From positions 1 through 64,000 of the IMG/VR virus record IMGVR_UViG_3300038393_000351: a stretch of DNA of 64,000 nucleotides. One strand, 5' to 3'. Both the position numbers and the translations under genes were made by a program. The stretch comes from a virus. The notes under the pieces are model-generated. The model saw nothing but the letters and a program-made list of their open reading frames with translations, searched no databases and had not been told where the DNA came from. This document shows, piece by piece, positions 44,162 through 53,724 of this stretch (position 1 is its first letter; each line of letters opens with the position of its first letter).

Positions 44162-45289
44162 TTAAGCCTCCTCTAGAACTTCACCAGTCTCACTGTCGAT
44201 AACGTCGCCCTCATCGAACATGGGCCTATCACTCTCCAGAAGGTACTTCTTCTCGATGAAGTCGACAAACGCTTTGTCCTGAAGTAGAGACTGATAGAAG
44301 TTCTTCGATGTGATCAGTGCGTCTTTCTTGATCGGTTCATCGAGTGCGTCGCCGATCGTAACGTATCCCTGCATCTTACCCTGGATCTTACTCGGTTTGA
44401 TGATGCCGAACTCCTCTGCGAGCTCCCAGAGACCCGACCACTGATCGATGCCAGAACCAAATGAGACAGTGATCGGAATCTTTGATCCCTCACGCACGTA
44501 GCGCGACTTCTCGACTTTGATGACGAAGTGATAACCCAGAAGTCCTTCCTTATCAGTCTTATCCTGCTGACGACCGATGATCCAGATGTTCTCCGAGTTG
44601 TAGATGCCTCCAGTACCGCCCGAGACTACATCCTTAGAGTACATCTCCTGAGTCTTATATGTGTGATTGATCGCTACCAGGGGAATGTTCTTGATAGTCA
44701 GGTGAGGTGTAACCATACGCCATAGAGACTTAAGCGACTTAGCGCGCGTCATGTCAGCGACTTGCTTGCCCTCGAGTGTGTCGTTGATCTCCTTGACTGA
44801 CGCAAGGTTACCAACTGAGTCGATGAAGATCAAGATGTTGTCCTCTCTCGACAGTTCCTTGAGCTGGACCATGATGTCGTGTTTGAGCATCTCGATGTCA
44901 GTCACGGGCGAGTGAACGACGTTATCGGTCGGGATTCCATATGAATGGAAGTAGGATTCCGGTGAACCAAACTCCGAGTCATAGAACAAAACAGTACCGT
45001 CAGGATACTTCTTCAGAAACGATGAGATGATGAGCAGGCCATAGCCCGTCTTAAAGTGCTTGGAAGGACCGGCTAGCATCAGGACACCTGGACCCATACC
45101 ACCATCGACTTTTCCAGACAAAGCTACGTTGACCATCGGAACTGGAGTTGAGACAACGTCCTTCTCCTTAAAGAGCTTTGATTCTGAGACGAGAGCTGTC
45201 TCCTTGATCGTTGAGTTCTTGAGGATGCGCTCCTTGAGTGATAGCTTCTTCTCCGGTGTGACTTGTGCTGCTTTTTCTTTCTTAGCCAT
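44162..45289 (-). CDS. uvsX: RecA-like recombinase UvsX
   Basis: GPSKHFKT, YDSEFG, DSVGNLAS, ADMTRAK, SGGTG. Confidence 0.96.
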   Translation of the reverse strand: MAKKEKAAQVTPEKKLSLKERILKNSTIKETALVSESKLFKEKDVVSTPVPMVNVALSGKVDGGMGPGVLMLAGPSKHFKTGYGLLIISSFLKKYPDGTVLFYDSEFGSPESYFHSYGIPTDNVVHSPVTDIEMLKHDIMVQLKELSREDNILIFIDSVGNLASVKEINDTLEGKQVADMTRAKSLKSLWRMVTPHLTIKNIPLVAINHTYKTQEMYSKDVVSGGTGGIYNSENIWIIGRQQDKTDKEGLLGYHFVIKVEKSRYVREGSKIPITVSFGSGIDQWSGLWELAEEFGIIKPSKIQGKMQGYVTIGDALDEPIKKDALITSKNFYQSLLQDKAFVDFIEKKYLLESDRPMFDEGDVIDSETGEVLEEA

Positions 45290-45512
45290 TCGTATTCTCT
45301 TCCTTATATGTTTCGTATAGATGTGCGTAGTATGCGTTCATTGCTATGAGAGAGACTTGCAGGTCCATCAGCTTTTGTGAAAAGTGACTGAAGTATACGC
45401 ACGATGGTGATGTATAAATGTCTTGATCAAACATCTGATTGACCATACTCAACCACGTACCGATTGTATTCAACGTGTATGCAAATTTCTCCGGATTAAA
45501 TTCATCTTCCAT
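45282..45512 (-). CDS. hypothetical protein
   Basis: AGGAG RBS before MEDEF. Confidence 0.6.
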   Translation of the reverse strand: MEDEFNPEKFAYTLNTIGTWLSMVNQMFDQDIYTSPSCVYFSHFSQKLMDLQVSLIAMNAYYAHLYETYKEENTNG

Positions 45513-45528
45513 AATATAAATTCTCCTT

Positions 45529-46341
45529 CTACATTTCTCTGATATCGTCGTGGGATACTTCCACGATTCCATCTTCCCTGACGTTCATGAGCTGCTTCTC
45601 TCGAATGAATCCATCGTTAGCCGCGATAAGCAGACAGATGGCCAAGGGATCGAATACCATGACGATGACCATGATCACCCAGCGAACGGCTTTATCAACT
45701 GATTCCGCACCTGAGCTTCCATAGACCGCCTCGGCGATGTATTTAAGAGGACCGACTTCAGCCTCGAGCTTAGCCTCATTAGCATCTACCCGCGCTTTCT
45801 TACTCAAGAGTGTGGTCAGATCAGTGGCGATCAAGTCGCGCTCAGCAGTGGCTTTCTGCTGCTGAATCCTCACTTCAGCCAGCTCTTTACTTTTAAGCTT
45901 ACCGTTTTTATCCAAGCTCTGTGATGAGAGTTTTTCAGATTGACTATCATAGTTCTGGATGTTCTTCGTCGCGGTTTCCAGTGCACGCTTCTTCTCATTG
46001 ATCTTAAAGTTCAGGATCTCACTCTCAACACCGACTGTGCTTGAGATGTGCACTCCCTGCTCGATGTGTGCTTTGCTCAGATAACCAAACACACCCAGTG
46101 AGTTGATGAGGATCAGAACGATGATAGCACCGGAGAGATACGACTTAATCGCTAATGAAGTTGATTTCCAGTTTCTATAAAGCCACGAGACACCAATGAT
46201 TTTACAGAGTTCGAGTGCACCTGCCATAACAGCTACAGATGCAGCTGAAGCAGCGAAGATAGCCGTCATACCTATGATGCTGAAGTACGCGGATACGCAC
46301 GAGAGGATGAGTGCGATTATTAACGTAAGGCGGTGAATCAT
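45529..46341 (-). CDS. membrane coiled-coil protein conserved in T4-like phages
   Basis: N-terminal TMs, FGYLSKAH, coiled coil, EVGPLKYIAE, VFDPLA. Confidence 0.8.
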   Translation of the reverse strand: MIHRLTLIIALILSCVSAYFSIIGMTAIFAASAASVAVMAGALELCKIIGVSWLYRNWKSTSLAIKSYLSGAIIVLILINSLGVFGYLSKAHIEQGVHISSTVGVESEILNFKINEKKRALETATKNIQNYDSQSEKLSSQSLDKNGKLKSKELAEVRIQQQKATAERDLIATDLTTLLSKKARVDANEAKLEAEVGPLKYIAEAVYGSSGAESVDKAVRWVIMVIVMVFDPLAICLLIAANDGFIREKQLMNVREDGIVEVSHDDIREM

Positions 46342-46622
46342 TGTGTTTCCTTTATCGCTTGTATTTTCTTGATGAATGCGTCTATCTTCTTGACGCGATC
46401 CGGCCACAGTATGTATGCTTTTTCTGGGTCGGCTTTAAGATTTATAAGCAGAGGCATGATCATCTTGTAGAGACGATCGAAGCGCTCCTCCGCTTCTGCG
46501 TGGAGTTCAGCTGTCTGTGTGACCGTCTGCTGAAGTGTGTGTTCGTAGGCTTTTAGCTCAGATTCGCTGACTGTGCTAAAACCGAAATCAAAGTCCGTCT
46601 CGAAGACTTCGTCTTTAGGCAT
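46338..46622 (-). CDS. conserved T4-like hypothetical protein
   Basis: DFDFGFS...PLL.NL..DPEK.YI.WP.R. Confidence 0.75.
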   Translation of the reverse strand: MPKDEVFETDFDFGFSTVSESELKAYEHTLQQTVTQTAELHAEAEERFDRLYKMIMPLLINLKADPEKAYILWPDRVKKIDAFIKKIQAIKETQ

Positions 46623-46975
46623 TCTGTAAAGCTCCCGGGTAGTTCAACGTTTTCAGGTGCTGACTCAAACATCGGCGCTATGTCCTGAGGTTTGTAGCCG
46701 GCTAAACCAGTTCCTATCGGCGTTAGTTCAAAGAGCTCCGTGGGATTCTCATTTGCATAACGTAAGAATTCGTCGACGTAGACCTTGATCCTATCGAGAG
46801 GAAGTGTTCTGATGAATTCATCTTTTGTAGGAATAGCGTAGGAGTTTCCCTGACGTCCCACGCCTTGTCCGTACACAGCTCCACAATGCTGTCTAGCGTA
46901 TTTAGCAGCACCCGCTCCGTGCCTGCCCGCTAAATTACTTCCAAATACGAAAATCTTCAGGCGTAAATCTCTCAT
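46553..46975 (-). CDS. macro-domain-like conserved phage protein
   Basis: IFVFGSNLAGRHGAGAA, SYAIPTK, IGTGLAG. Confidence 0.75.
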   Translation of the reverse strand: MRDLRLKIFVFGSNLAGRHGAGAAKYARQHCGAVYGQGVGRQGNSYAIPTKDEFIRTLPLDRIKVYVDEFLRYANENPTELFELTPIGTGLAGYKPQDIAPMFESAPENVELPGSFTECLKTKSSRRTLISVLAQSANLS

Positions 46976-47135
46976 CGATTAAATCATTTATACGCGCTAA
47001 GATGTACTCTTGCTGACCGCCAACGGCACTTTTATTATGATCATAATACAAACGACGTACTTCTTGCATCGTCTCCCATACTTCATCAATAGTGATTGGA
47101 TATTCTACTAAGTTTCTACTCATCGCGTATAACAA
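46935..47135 (-). CDS. hypothetical protein
   Basis: Coupled ORF. Confidence 0.5.
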   Translation of the reverse strand: MLYAMSRNLVEYPITIDEVWETMQEVRRLYYDHNKSAVGGQQEYILARINDLIDERFTPEDFRIWK

Positions 47136-47449
47136 ACCCTTCCTACTCCAGTGTGAGTGAGACCAATCGCTCTGGCGGCACCCTTCGATAGATCCAGCGA
47201 CCGTCCTCTAATGAACGGACCTCGATCGTTGATCCGTACAGTAACAGATCTTCCTGTGCGTGGGTTAGTAACGTGCAGGCGCGTTCCAAACGGGAGTGTT
47301 CGGTGTGCTGCTGTGAATCCGTTTGGATTGTATCTCTCGCCATTAGCTGTTCTCTTTCCCTCACTGTAATATGAAGCCACGACACATCGAGATTCAGAAA
47401 AAGCCGGTGTAGAGAAGAGTGTGGCTAGTACGAGTAAAAATGCTAACAT
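47120..47449 (-). CDS. rlpA: RlpA-like (DPBB) lytic transglycosylase with signal peptide
   Basis: ASYY, TANGE, TAAHRTLPFGT, INDRGPF, DLS. Confidence 0.9.
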   Translation of the reverse strand: MLAFLLVLATLFSTPAFSESRCVVASYYSEGKRTANGERYNPNGFTAAHRTLPFGTRLHVTNPRTGRSVTVRINDRGPFIRGRSLDLSKGAARAIGLTHTGVGRVCYTR

Positions 47450-47463
47450 TGTTTTATCCTATT

Positions 47464-50070
47464 CTAGAGAAGATCAAGGAGAGTTCCACTACCCGCCTCA
47501 GTCTTCCAACCGACGATGTCGGTGATCTTACTGATCGGATCTTGGAACGTCTTAATGAATTGTGTCTCATAGTCAATGTAATCATCCAATCCAAACTCAG
47601 GCGGAAGTACGTCGTTCACCGCGATCACACTCTGATGAATGTGATTTGGTGTCTTTAAGTACGCAAACTTAATCTTACTTCCCTCCTTAATCAGTTCGTA
47701 CTTATTCTCTAATCCCATCTCCTTGATCAGGTGATTGTAGATCAGGGAACCCTTCACTTGAATCGGTGTGCCCGTTCTATATATGGATGCAGCGTCTTCA
47801 AACTTAGCCATATTGTTACAGCCGCGAGGAAAAGCAATATCCGTAAAGGGAAGTGTATGGAACTCTTCACGGAACTTTTCAACGAAGTCCTGCAGTTCCC
47901 CTTCATCTTTATTCATGATGATTGAGTAGATGTTCTTAATCTTGTCTCGAACTACCATCGGTGTCGATGAGCGAACTGCCTGAACACCCTTCATCTTGAG
48001 CTTCGGTTCCTTGTATCGAACACCCTCAGAATCCCAGACATTCAAGATGTACATCTTCTTAGCTGAGAAGACCGCTTTATCGGCGATGATCTCACGTTTC
48101 ATCTTCATCTTCTGGAAAGGAGCGTTGACTATCTTTTGAAGTTCCTCAAACGACTTCTCGATGTAGGGTTCAAACTTACTCTTGCATGAGACGTCAAGGA
48201 AATCAATTACTTTCTCATGCGGCGCGTTCTCAAGACCAACCGCTTTCACTAGAGGTTCGAAGTTGATGTAGATGGAGTCAGTGTCAGCCGCGATGACGTA
48301 GTCGAGGTCGGTAGTCTTGAGCAGCTTATTCATCAGCTCATTGATCTTTCTCTCGATCCACATCGTGGTGATCTGACCAGAAGACGTGACAGACTCAGCC
48401 AGATCAGGATCAAACCAACGGAAGAATTGGTTAGCCAGTGCACCGTAACCAGAGTTCAGGAAGAGCTTCATGGCCATCTGCATATTGTAGCACCTAGCGA
48501 TCTCCTTCTCATCCTCCGGCGATTTGGTCTCTTCGAACCTCCGCTGAGCCTCAAGCATCATCTTCTTATAGACAACGCGTCCATCGTAGAACTTCTTCAT
48601 GATGGTCGGAATAAATCCAACACCGTCCTTCTTAAAGAAGACACCTATTCCAGATGTAGTCACATCCTTCCGTGCAAGCTCATTGTTGTATTCACTACAC
48701 TTGAGCAGGAACATATCGAGATCCATAACCGGAATCCCATTGACGATCTTGGTGCAGTCCCATCCGGATATGACTTTCTCCACCATCTCGGGAGAGATGT
48801 TGTACTGCATGATGATGTGTGGGTACAGTGAGTTCAAGTCAAACGACACGACCCACTTATACATCCCGGGAACCGTGTCCTTAACGTATCCACCCATGAT
48901 CTGACGGTTGATCACGCTTCCCTGCTGGGGAACGACGATCTTTTGTTCTAGAAGGAAGTTGTGGATCAGAACGTCCCAGGGGCGCGTGGTCGTCATCGTA
49001 TCTTGATACGTGATCTTAGCTGAGTACGCCATGGCTAAGACGAGATCGATGAGCTTCAGTTTATCATCGAGCTTATCGATCTTGATCGTATCATCGAGGT
49101 TGTAGTCCATATAGCCTTCATAGTTCTTCTCATAGAAGTTATGAAGTGAACCGTACTCCGAATAGTCCAGCTTTCTCTCACCGAGCTCGACGAAGGCGAT
49201 GTGATCGAGCTTATACGACTCGTGATTTTTGAATGAGAACTTCTTGTACAACTCCATGTAGTCTAGAACTGTGATTCCATAGAGCTCATACACGTGATCG
49301 ATTCGGTTAGCTATATTCGTACCGCCTCGAGCCTGAGACTTACCGCGAACGATGTCTCGATCCTGAACGATTCGCCATGGACTCCACATCTTAATGTAGG
49401 AATCTCCCAGAACGTTCTTGGTGCGGTTCAAGAGATAAGGAATATCAAATCCCTCTACGAACCAACCAGTCAAGATGTCCGGAGTCCACTCGGGATCATT
49501 CCAGCATTCGAGAAGCTTTATGATCAGCTCTCGCTCATTTTCACATAGACAGAACGCAACGCCGGGAAGCTTAGGACGATAGGCTTTAGTGCCAAACATC
49601 AGACGCTTAGTCTGACCATTCTGACGATGCGATAGAGTTACAGCCGTGATCTCCTTGTCGGCGATCTTCGGATCGGGAAATCCAGAATCCGACATCGTCT
49701 CGATGTCGACAGACACGCGCGCTATCTGAGTCGGATCGTACTTGATCTCTCCATAGAACTCATCGTTCAGATACGTATAGAGGAAGTTCGTCAGACCAAA
49801 GAAGGGTTCAGGATCGGGTGCGTTCGAGATCTTAAGCGCTAGACTCTGCTCATACTCTTTGACAAAGTTCTTTGCGTCTTTGATTGAGTCGAAGTGAATC
49901 TTTGATACCGATTCACCATCGAGTGTTCTGAACTCACCTACCGGATCTCTGGCGAAGAGATATGGTTGGTACTCAACGGTTTCTTTAAACGGTTTACCAT
50001 TTGAATATCCACGAACGTAGATGGTGTCACCGCGACAGTGCGCGGACGTATAGAAGTGATTGGTCATCAA
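47464..50070 (-). CDS. 43: family B DNA polymerase (gp43)
   Basis: DIET exonuclease motif, SFDLNSLYP, K...NSGYG, ADTDS, MKG. Confidence 0.97.
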   Translation of the reverse strand: MMTNHFYTSAHCRGDTIYVRGYSNGKPFKETVEYQPYLFARDPVGEFRTLDGESVSKIHFDSIKDAKNFVKEYEQSLALKISNAPDPEPFFGLTNFLYTYLNDEFYGEIKYDPTQIARVSVDIETMSDSGFPDPKIADKEITAVTLSHRQNGQTKRLMFGTKAYRPKLPGVAFCLCENERELIIKLLECWNDPEWTPDILTGWFVEGFDIPYLLNRTKNVLGDSYIKMWSPWRIVQDRDIVRGKSQARGGTNIANRIDHVYELYGITVLDYMELYKKFSFKNHESYKLDHIAFVELGERKLDYSEYGSLHNFYEKNYEGYMDYNLDDTIKIDKLDDKLKLIDLVLAMAYSAKITYQDTMTTTRPWDVLIHNFLLEQKIVVPQQGSVINRQIMGGYVKDTVPGMYKWVVSFDLNSLYPHIIMQYNISPEMVEKVISGWDCTKIVNGIPVMDLDMFLLKCSEYNNELARKDVTTSGIGVFFKKDGVGFIPTIMKKFYDGRVVYKKMMLEAQRRFEETKSPEDEKEIARCYNMQMAMKLFLNSGYGALANQFFRWFDPDLAESVTSSGQITTMWIERKINELMNKLLKTTDLDYVIAADTDSIYINFEPLVKAVGLENAPHEKVIDFLDVSCKSKFEPYIEKSFEELQKIVNAPFQKMKMKREIIADKAVFSAKKMYILNVWDSEGVRYKEPKLKMKGVQAVRSSTPMVVRDKIKNIYSIIMNKDEGELQDFVEKFREEFHTLPFTDIAFPRGCNNMAKFEDAASIYRTGTPIQVKGSLIYNHLIKEMGLENKYELIKEGSKIKFAYLKTPNHIHQSVIAVNDVLPPEFGLDDYIDYETQFIKTFQDPISKITDIVGWKTEAGSGTLLDLL

Positions 50071-50095
50071 ATCCTAATGATTTTTATGTGAAATC

Positions 50096-50118
50096 GAGAC
50101 CGGAAAAGCCGTAGTCTC
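50096..50118 (-). promoter_or_regulatory. hairpin upstream of the gene 43 RBS (possible translational operator)
   Basis: GAGAC-ta-CGG-CTTTT-CCG-GTCTC; T4 gene 43 has an autogenous operator hairpin at a similar position. Confidence 0.4.
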
Positions 50119-50142
50119 TAGAAAGATAGTACCACAGATAAG

Positions 50143-50170
50143 AAAAAAGGAGAACCTTTCGATTCCCCTT
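50143..50170 (-). terminator. intrinsic terminator
   Basis: aaggggaatc-gaaa-ggttctcctttttt. Confidence 0.75.
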
Positions 50171-50285
50171 TATCTGCTTAAAATGTTTGCCCAATTAAGC
50201 ATGTACCCGTTTTTTACATCGACGTACCTCTTTGTTGGCGAAACAGTATAGTTTCCATTTTTTTGCCGTGCTTTCCACGGCCCGC
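50143..50285 (-). ncRNA. candidate ~140-nt late small RNA
   Basis: Bounded by TATAAATA (50290-50297) and a terminator; contains only a 14-codon ORF. Confidence 0.45.
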
Positions 50286-50289
50286 ACTG

Positions 50290-50297
50290 TATTTATA
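50290..50297 (-). promoter_or_regulatory. late promoter TATAAATA
   Basis: Perfect consensus, intergenic. Confidence 0.7.
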
Positions 50298-50329
50298 TCC
50301 GGATCAGATGCCGATGTAAATAGCTAAAT

Positions 50330-50563
50330 TCAATTTAAATAACGACCAAACGTTTCCTCAGCTACGCATCCGATGACCATGTCCTCTTCTCGATCATCGG
50401 CAATGATGAATACTGGAGTACATCCGGCTTCCCTCCATTCATCGGCGATCTTCAGGAGTCTCGCGAATGAGTTCCTCCCGCTCAATCCAGAAGTCGCGGC
50501 CATGCTCCTGATGCGTTCCTCTGGAATAACGTCAAAATCATCTAGCGTGCGGGGCATTCTCAA
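50330..50563 (-). CDS. hypothetical protein
   Basis: AAGGAGG RBS. Confidence 0.65.
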   Translation of the reverse strand: MRMPRTLDDFDVIPEERIRSMAATSGLSGRNSFARLLKIADEWREAGCTPVFIIADDREEDMVIGCVAEETFGRYLN

Positions 50564-50840
50564 CCTCCTTTACAGCGCGGTTCGAATAGCGCTTGATTGA
50601 GTTCAGGGAAGCACCGCACGTGGCTCTAGCTTTGTACAAGCGATTGAGATAATCAGCGGTCTGTGAATCCGTCAGAGTCTCAGTGTTCGGCTTCTCGGGA
50701 AGCGGGCATTTATAGAGATTGACGGGAGGAGCTACTACAACCGTTCGCGTTGGAGATTCTTGGTTTGTAGTCTGACAGTTGGCAAGCGGAAGTGCCAAGA
50801 ATACAAGTGCCGCTGCGGTTATAATACGCTTCATCATCAC
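50538..50840 (-). CDS. o-spanin (Rz1-like lipoprotein)
   Basis: Lipobox LANC; Pro-rich segment; follows the i-spanin. Confidence 0.8.
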   Translation of the reverse strand: MMMKRIITAAALVFLALPLANCQTTNQESPTRTVVVAPPVNLYKCPLPEKPNTETLTDSQTADYLNRLYKARATCGASLNSIKRYSNRAVKEVENAPHAR

Positions 50841-51226
50841 TTAGCTCCTAGTTTCTCAATGGTCTTCTTAAGAATAAGCGAAGAGGGTCGATCGTGCTTT
50901 AGAACATCCGGCGACTGCAGCCATTCGTTGATCGAGTGTTCCTGATCGCTGAGAACTGATATATCATCATCGAGCTCCTTAGAAGCCGCTTGCTGAAGCT
51001 TCATGAGTGCTTTCTGGTGAGCGATAGTCTCATCCTGCTCTTCTATAACGCGCTGCTTGGCAGCTACTTCAGCAGTGAGTCGAGCGTTCTCAGCTGCGGT
51101 GTGTGTGACGGACCAATACATCCAGCCGACTGTGCCTACAATCGCTACAGCACCGATTCCAATAAGCCAATATTTAATAGCAGAACTAGCGAAAAACGCC
51201 GTTATTCGAGCTAACAATCCAGACAT
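50837..51226 (-). CDS. i-spanin (Rz-like)
   Basis: N-terminal TM plus coiled coil; GATAAATA at 51255-51262; GGAGGAG RBS. Confidence 0.8.
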   Translation of the reverse strand: MSGLLARITAFFASSAIKYWLIGIGAVAIVGTVGWMYWSVTHTAAENARLTAEVAAKQRVIEEQDETIAHQKALMKLQQAASKELDDDISVLSDQEHSINEWLQSPDVLKHDRPSSLILKKTIEKLGAK

Positions 51227-51260
51227 CGTTTATGTGACTCCTCCATGTACTTTGTATTTA

Positions 51261-51623
51261 TCACCCAAAGTACTCCCGTTTCTTATGAATAGCGTATTCC
51301 GTGGCTTTCTCGATAGCTTGTTCATAGTTGTCGTAGGCGCGATCGAGTTCATCATCAGTGAAAGTTCTGAAATAACTTCCCTCTTCCCACGCATCCGCTG
51401 GATCTCTCTTCGTCTCACAGCGATAGCAGGCTGAGACTTCACCGCGACTGTTCACTGAAGCTTCAATACCGACTATACGTCTTATCTTGACTTCCGGAGA
51501 GAAATAACTTTCCTGTCTCTCCCAGACTTTACCGTCGATTTCTTTTTGAACTACACGCACTCGTTCATATGAGCGCGGGCAGTAGAAGACGTCGTCGATT
51601 CCATACTTACACTCAAAATTCAT
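51261..51623 (-). CDS. hypothetical protein
   Basis: Coupled ORF. Confidence 0.6.
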   Translation of the reverse strand: MNFECKYGIDDVFYCPRSYERVRVVQKEIDGKVWERQESYFSPEVKIRRIVGIEASVNSRGEVSACYRCETKRDPADAWEEGSYFRTFTDDELDRAYDNYEQAIEKATEYAIHKKREYFG

Positions 51624-51808
51624 TTCGATTCCTCGATCATCGGAGTTCCAATCAGGATTTCTTTACCCGATAGACGAACTTTGAGTTCACGAACGAACGA
51701 CATCGCGCCGCTGAACGTCTTGAACTTCTTCGATCGCTCATCTATGAGTTTGAAGTTTGGATCACTCTCGTCAACGTTCTTGATTGTAAATTTTACTCTG
51801 TGCTTCAA
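51620..51808 (-). CDS. hypothetical protein
   Basis: AGGAGG RBS; TTG start. Confidence 0.6.
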   Translation of the reverse strand: MKHRVKFTIKNVDESDPNFKLIDERSKKFKTFSGAMSFVRELKVRLSGKEILIGTPMIEESK

Positions 51809-51874
51809 GTGACCGCCTCCTACATCCTTAGTCTGACTCAGATATTAAACTATACATCGTATATGAGAATTCTT

Positions 51875-52858
51875 TTAATCTCCAATTACTTGTTGACGAT
51901 AGAGTTCCACGATCAGTTCCTCGATCTTACTCACGTCCGCTCTCTCAGGGAGCGAAGATTGAGTGCTCGCTTCTTCAACATCCGTTAATAATTTATCAAG
52001 TTCATCGGCTATCGCTTTATACGGAACTTCACCGCGCTTGATACTCAAGAGACGATCGGCGTTTGGTCTGGGAAATGTGATTTGATTCGTGCTGAGAAGC
52101 TCGATCGCCTGCTCACCTACGCGGATGGCGTGCGACAGGGCTTTCCAGTCGATTCCCTGATTCGTCTCAGCTTGCTTTGCTCGATCACCGTATTCATTGT
52201 AGACTCGTCGGTAGATTTTACAAGCGTTCTCGATCGTGATGGTGTAGGGTACTTTCCTATCGCAGCAGACGAAGTGAAGCATGTGTGTGCCGTGTGCACC
52301 GTTTGGAATGCTCTCGATCGAGCAGTGCTCTACGCTATCGGCTAAATTCTGGAGCACACCGTAGAGTTCTCCAAGCTTTTCCTTTGGAGAGATATTCTCA
52401 TAGTATTCAAGAACTTCAAGCACTTCCCTGACAGCCGCGACACGGGAACCACGGATTCCATACTTATTCGCCTGCTGTCTGCAGTATCCTACATAACCAT
52501 CAACTTTCCTCGATAGGAAGATGTTCTTGTTATCTAGAATGATGTCGTAGAGAGGGTCCTTGAAGATGATGTTCTGAGGAGGAGCGTAGATCATCTCCAT
52601 CCCAATGATGTCGCCGGAGAACAACATCTCACAGAGCTTATGGACTGAGAAGCTCTGGATGTCTACATCGTCCGCGGTGTTCTTTGCACCGTGCTCCTTG
52701 GGTTTTGAGTTGTCGTACGCTTTCTTGGCACGCTGCAGAACGATGTCTCGACCCGAGGGAAGGTGAACTTCCTTCAGATCGAGATCAGACGTTTCAGTGT
52801 TCGTTCCGTAGAGGTGCGAGCCGTGCTTAATCTTAAAGATAGTCTTCTTGTCACGCAT
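51875..52858 (-). CDS. Pol-beta-superfamily nucleotidyltransferase (RlaP-like phage family)
   Basis: HGSHLYGTNTETSDLDLK; DWKALSHAIR; LLSIKRG. Confidence 0.88.
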   Translation of the reverse strand: MRDKKTIFKIKHGSHLYGTNTETSDLDLKEVHLPSGRDIVLQRAKKAYDNSKPKEHGAKNTADDVDIQSFSVHKLCEMLFSGDIIGMEMIYAPPQNIIFKDPLYDIILDNKNIFLSRKVDGYVGYCRQQANKYGIRGSRVAAVREVLEVLEYYENISPKEKLGELYGVLQNLADSVEHCSIESIPNGAHGTHMLHFVCCDRKVPYTITIENACKIYRRVYNEYGDRAKQAETNQGIDWKALSHAIRVGEQAIELLSTNQITFPRPNADRLLSIKRGEVPYKAIADELDKLLTDVEEASTQSSLPERADVSKIEELIVELYRQQVIGD

Positions 52859-53576
52859 TGTTCTGAAGTAGATCCCGTAGTGTAAGCTTATTCGAGACTT
52901 CTACAACAAGCCCATGATGATTGATGAAGTGAGTGGGCTTGTTGTCGACGTCGTTGAAGACAGCACCAGTCAGGACACCACCGAACACACAAGCGGTGTC
53001 GAGATTGAGACGATTGTGATGAAGATCCGGCCAATCGCTCCTTAGCGGTGTGTGACCGTGAACGACGAATCCACCGTTTGGACGCATATCCATCATGAAC
53101 TCATCGCGAGCCCAGACCATGTAGTCCTTGTTCTGGGTATCCATCGAGAGACGAAGGCTCCGTTGGATGCCGGCGTGGACAAACGTCCTGAGTCCATCGT
53201 TGAAGAAGTACGGAAGATTCATCATCTCCTCGATGTAGGAACGAGGGATGTCGTAGATCTCCTGAACTCCGAACGAGTCCATCGTATCACCATACGACGC
53301 CGTCCACTGGTACTGAGAGTGAGTATCACCGAAGTACGCTTCCCAGAGCATCTTCTCATGGTTACCCATCAGGCGAATGGTCTCTCCCTTCTCCTTCATA
53401 CGACGAGAGAAGTCGAGCACTCCCTTTGAGTCCGGACCGCGGTCGATGTAGTCGCCGATGAAGACGTAGCGAGTCTCCTCACCCGGAAAGTTCTTTTCAT
53501 AGGCTGCTATGAGCGCCTTGAGTTGATCAAGGCACCCATGAACGTCGCCGATTGCAAGTGTTTTCATTTTACTCAC
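52851..53576 (-). CDS. Ser/Thr phosphatase-type metallophosphoesterase
   Basis: IGDVHG, GDYIDRG, GNHE, VHAG, HGHTP, LDT. Confidence 0.92.
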   Translation of the reverse strand: MSKMKTLAIGDVHGCLDQLKALIAAYEKNFPGEETRYVFIGDYIDRGPDSKGVLDFSRRMKEKGETIRLMGNHEKMLWEAYFGDTHSQYQWTASYGDTMDSFGVQEIYDIPRSYIEEMMNLPYFFNDGLRTFVHAGIQRSLRLSMDTQNKDYMVWARDEFMMDMRPNGGFVVHGHTPLRSDWPDLHHNRLNLDTACVFGGVLTGAVFNDVDNKPTHFINHHGLVVEVSNKLTLRDLLQNNA

Positions 53577-53724
53577 TCAAGATCGCCACGATGTCCTTGG
53601 AGATCGAATCGAATACTGCGTTAGCTTCTTCCTGCGACAGATTCTTGTCGTCGATTAAGCCGTGCTTTGCAAGAGCTGTTACAACGCTAACAACGATTAA
53701 AACTGCGATCACTTCGGTGTTCAT
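53569..53724 (-). CDS. small hydrophobic protein
   Basis: AAGGA RBS; MNTEVIAVLIVV...; ATGA overlap. Confidence 0.5.
   Translation of the reverse strand: MNTEVIAVLIVVSVVTALAKHGLIDDKNLSQEEANAVFDSISKDIVAILSE

Noticed and set aside
27802-50070. Inteins or introns in nrdA, nrdB, gene 41, uvsX or gene 43
   Set aside because: Lengths and motif spacing match uninterrupted T4-type proteins
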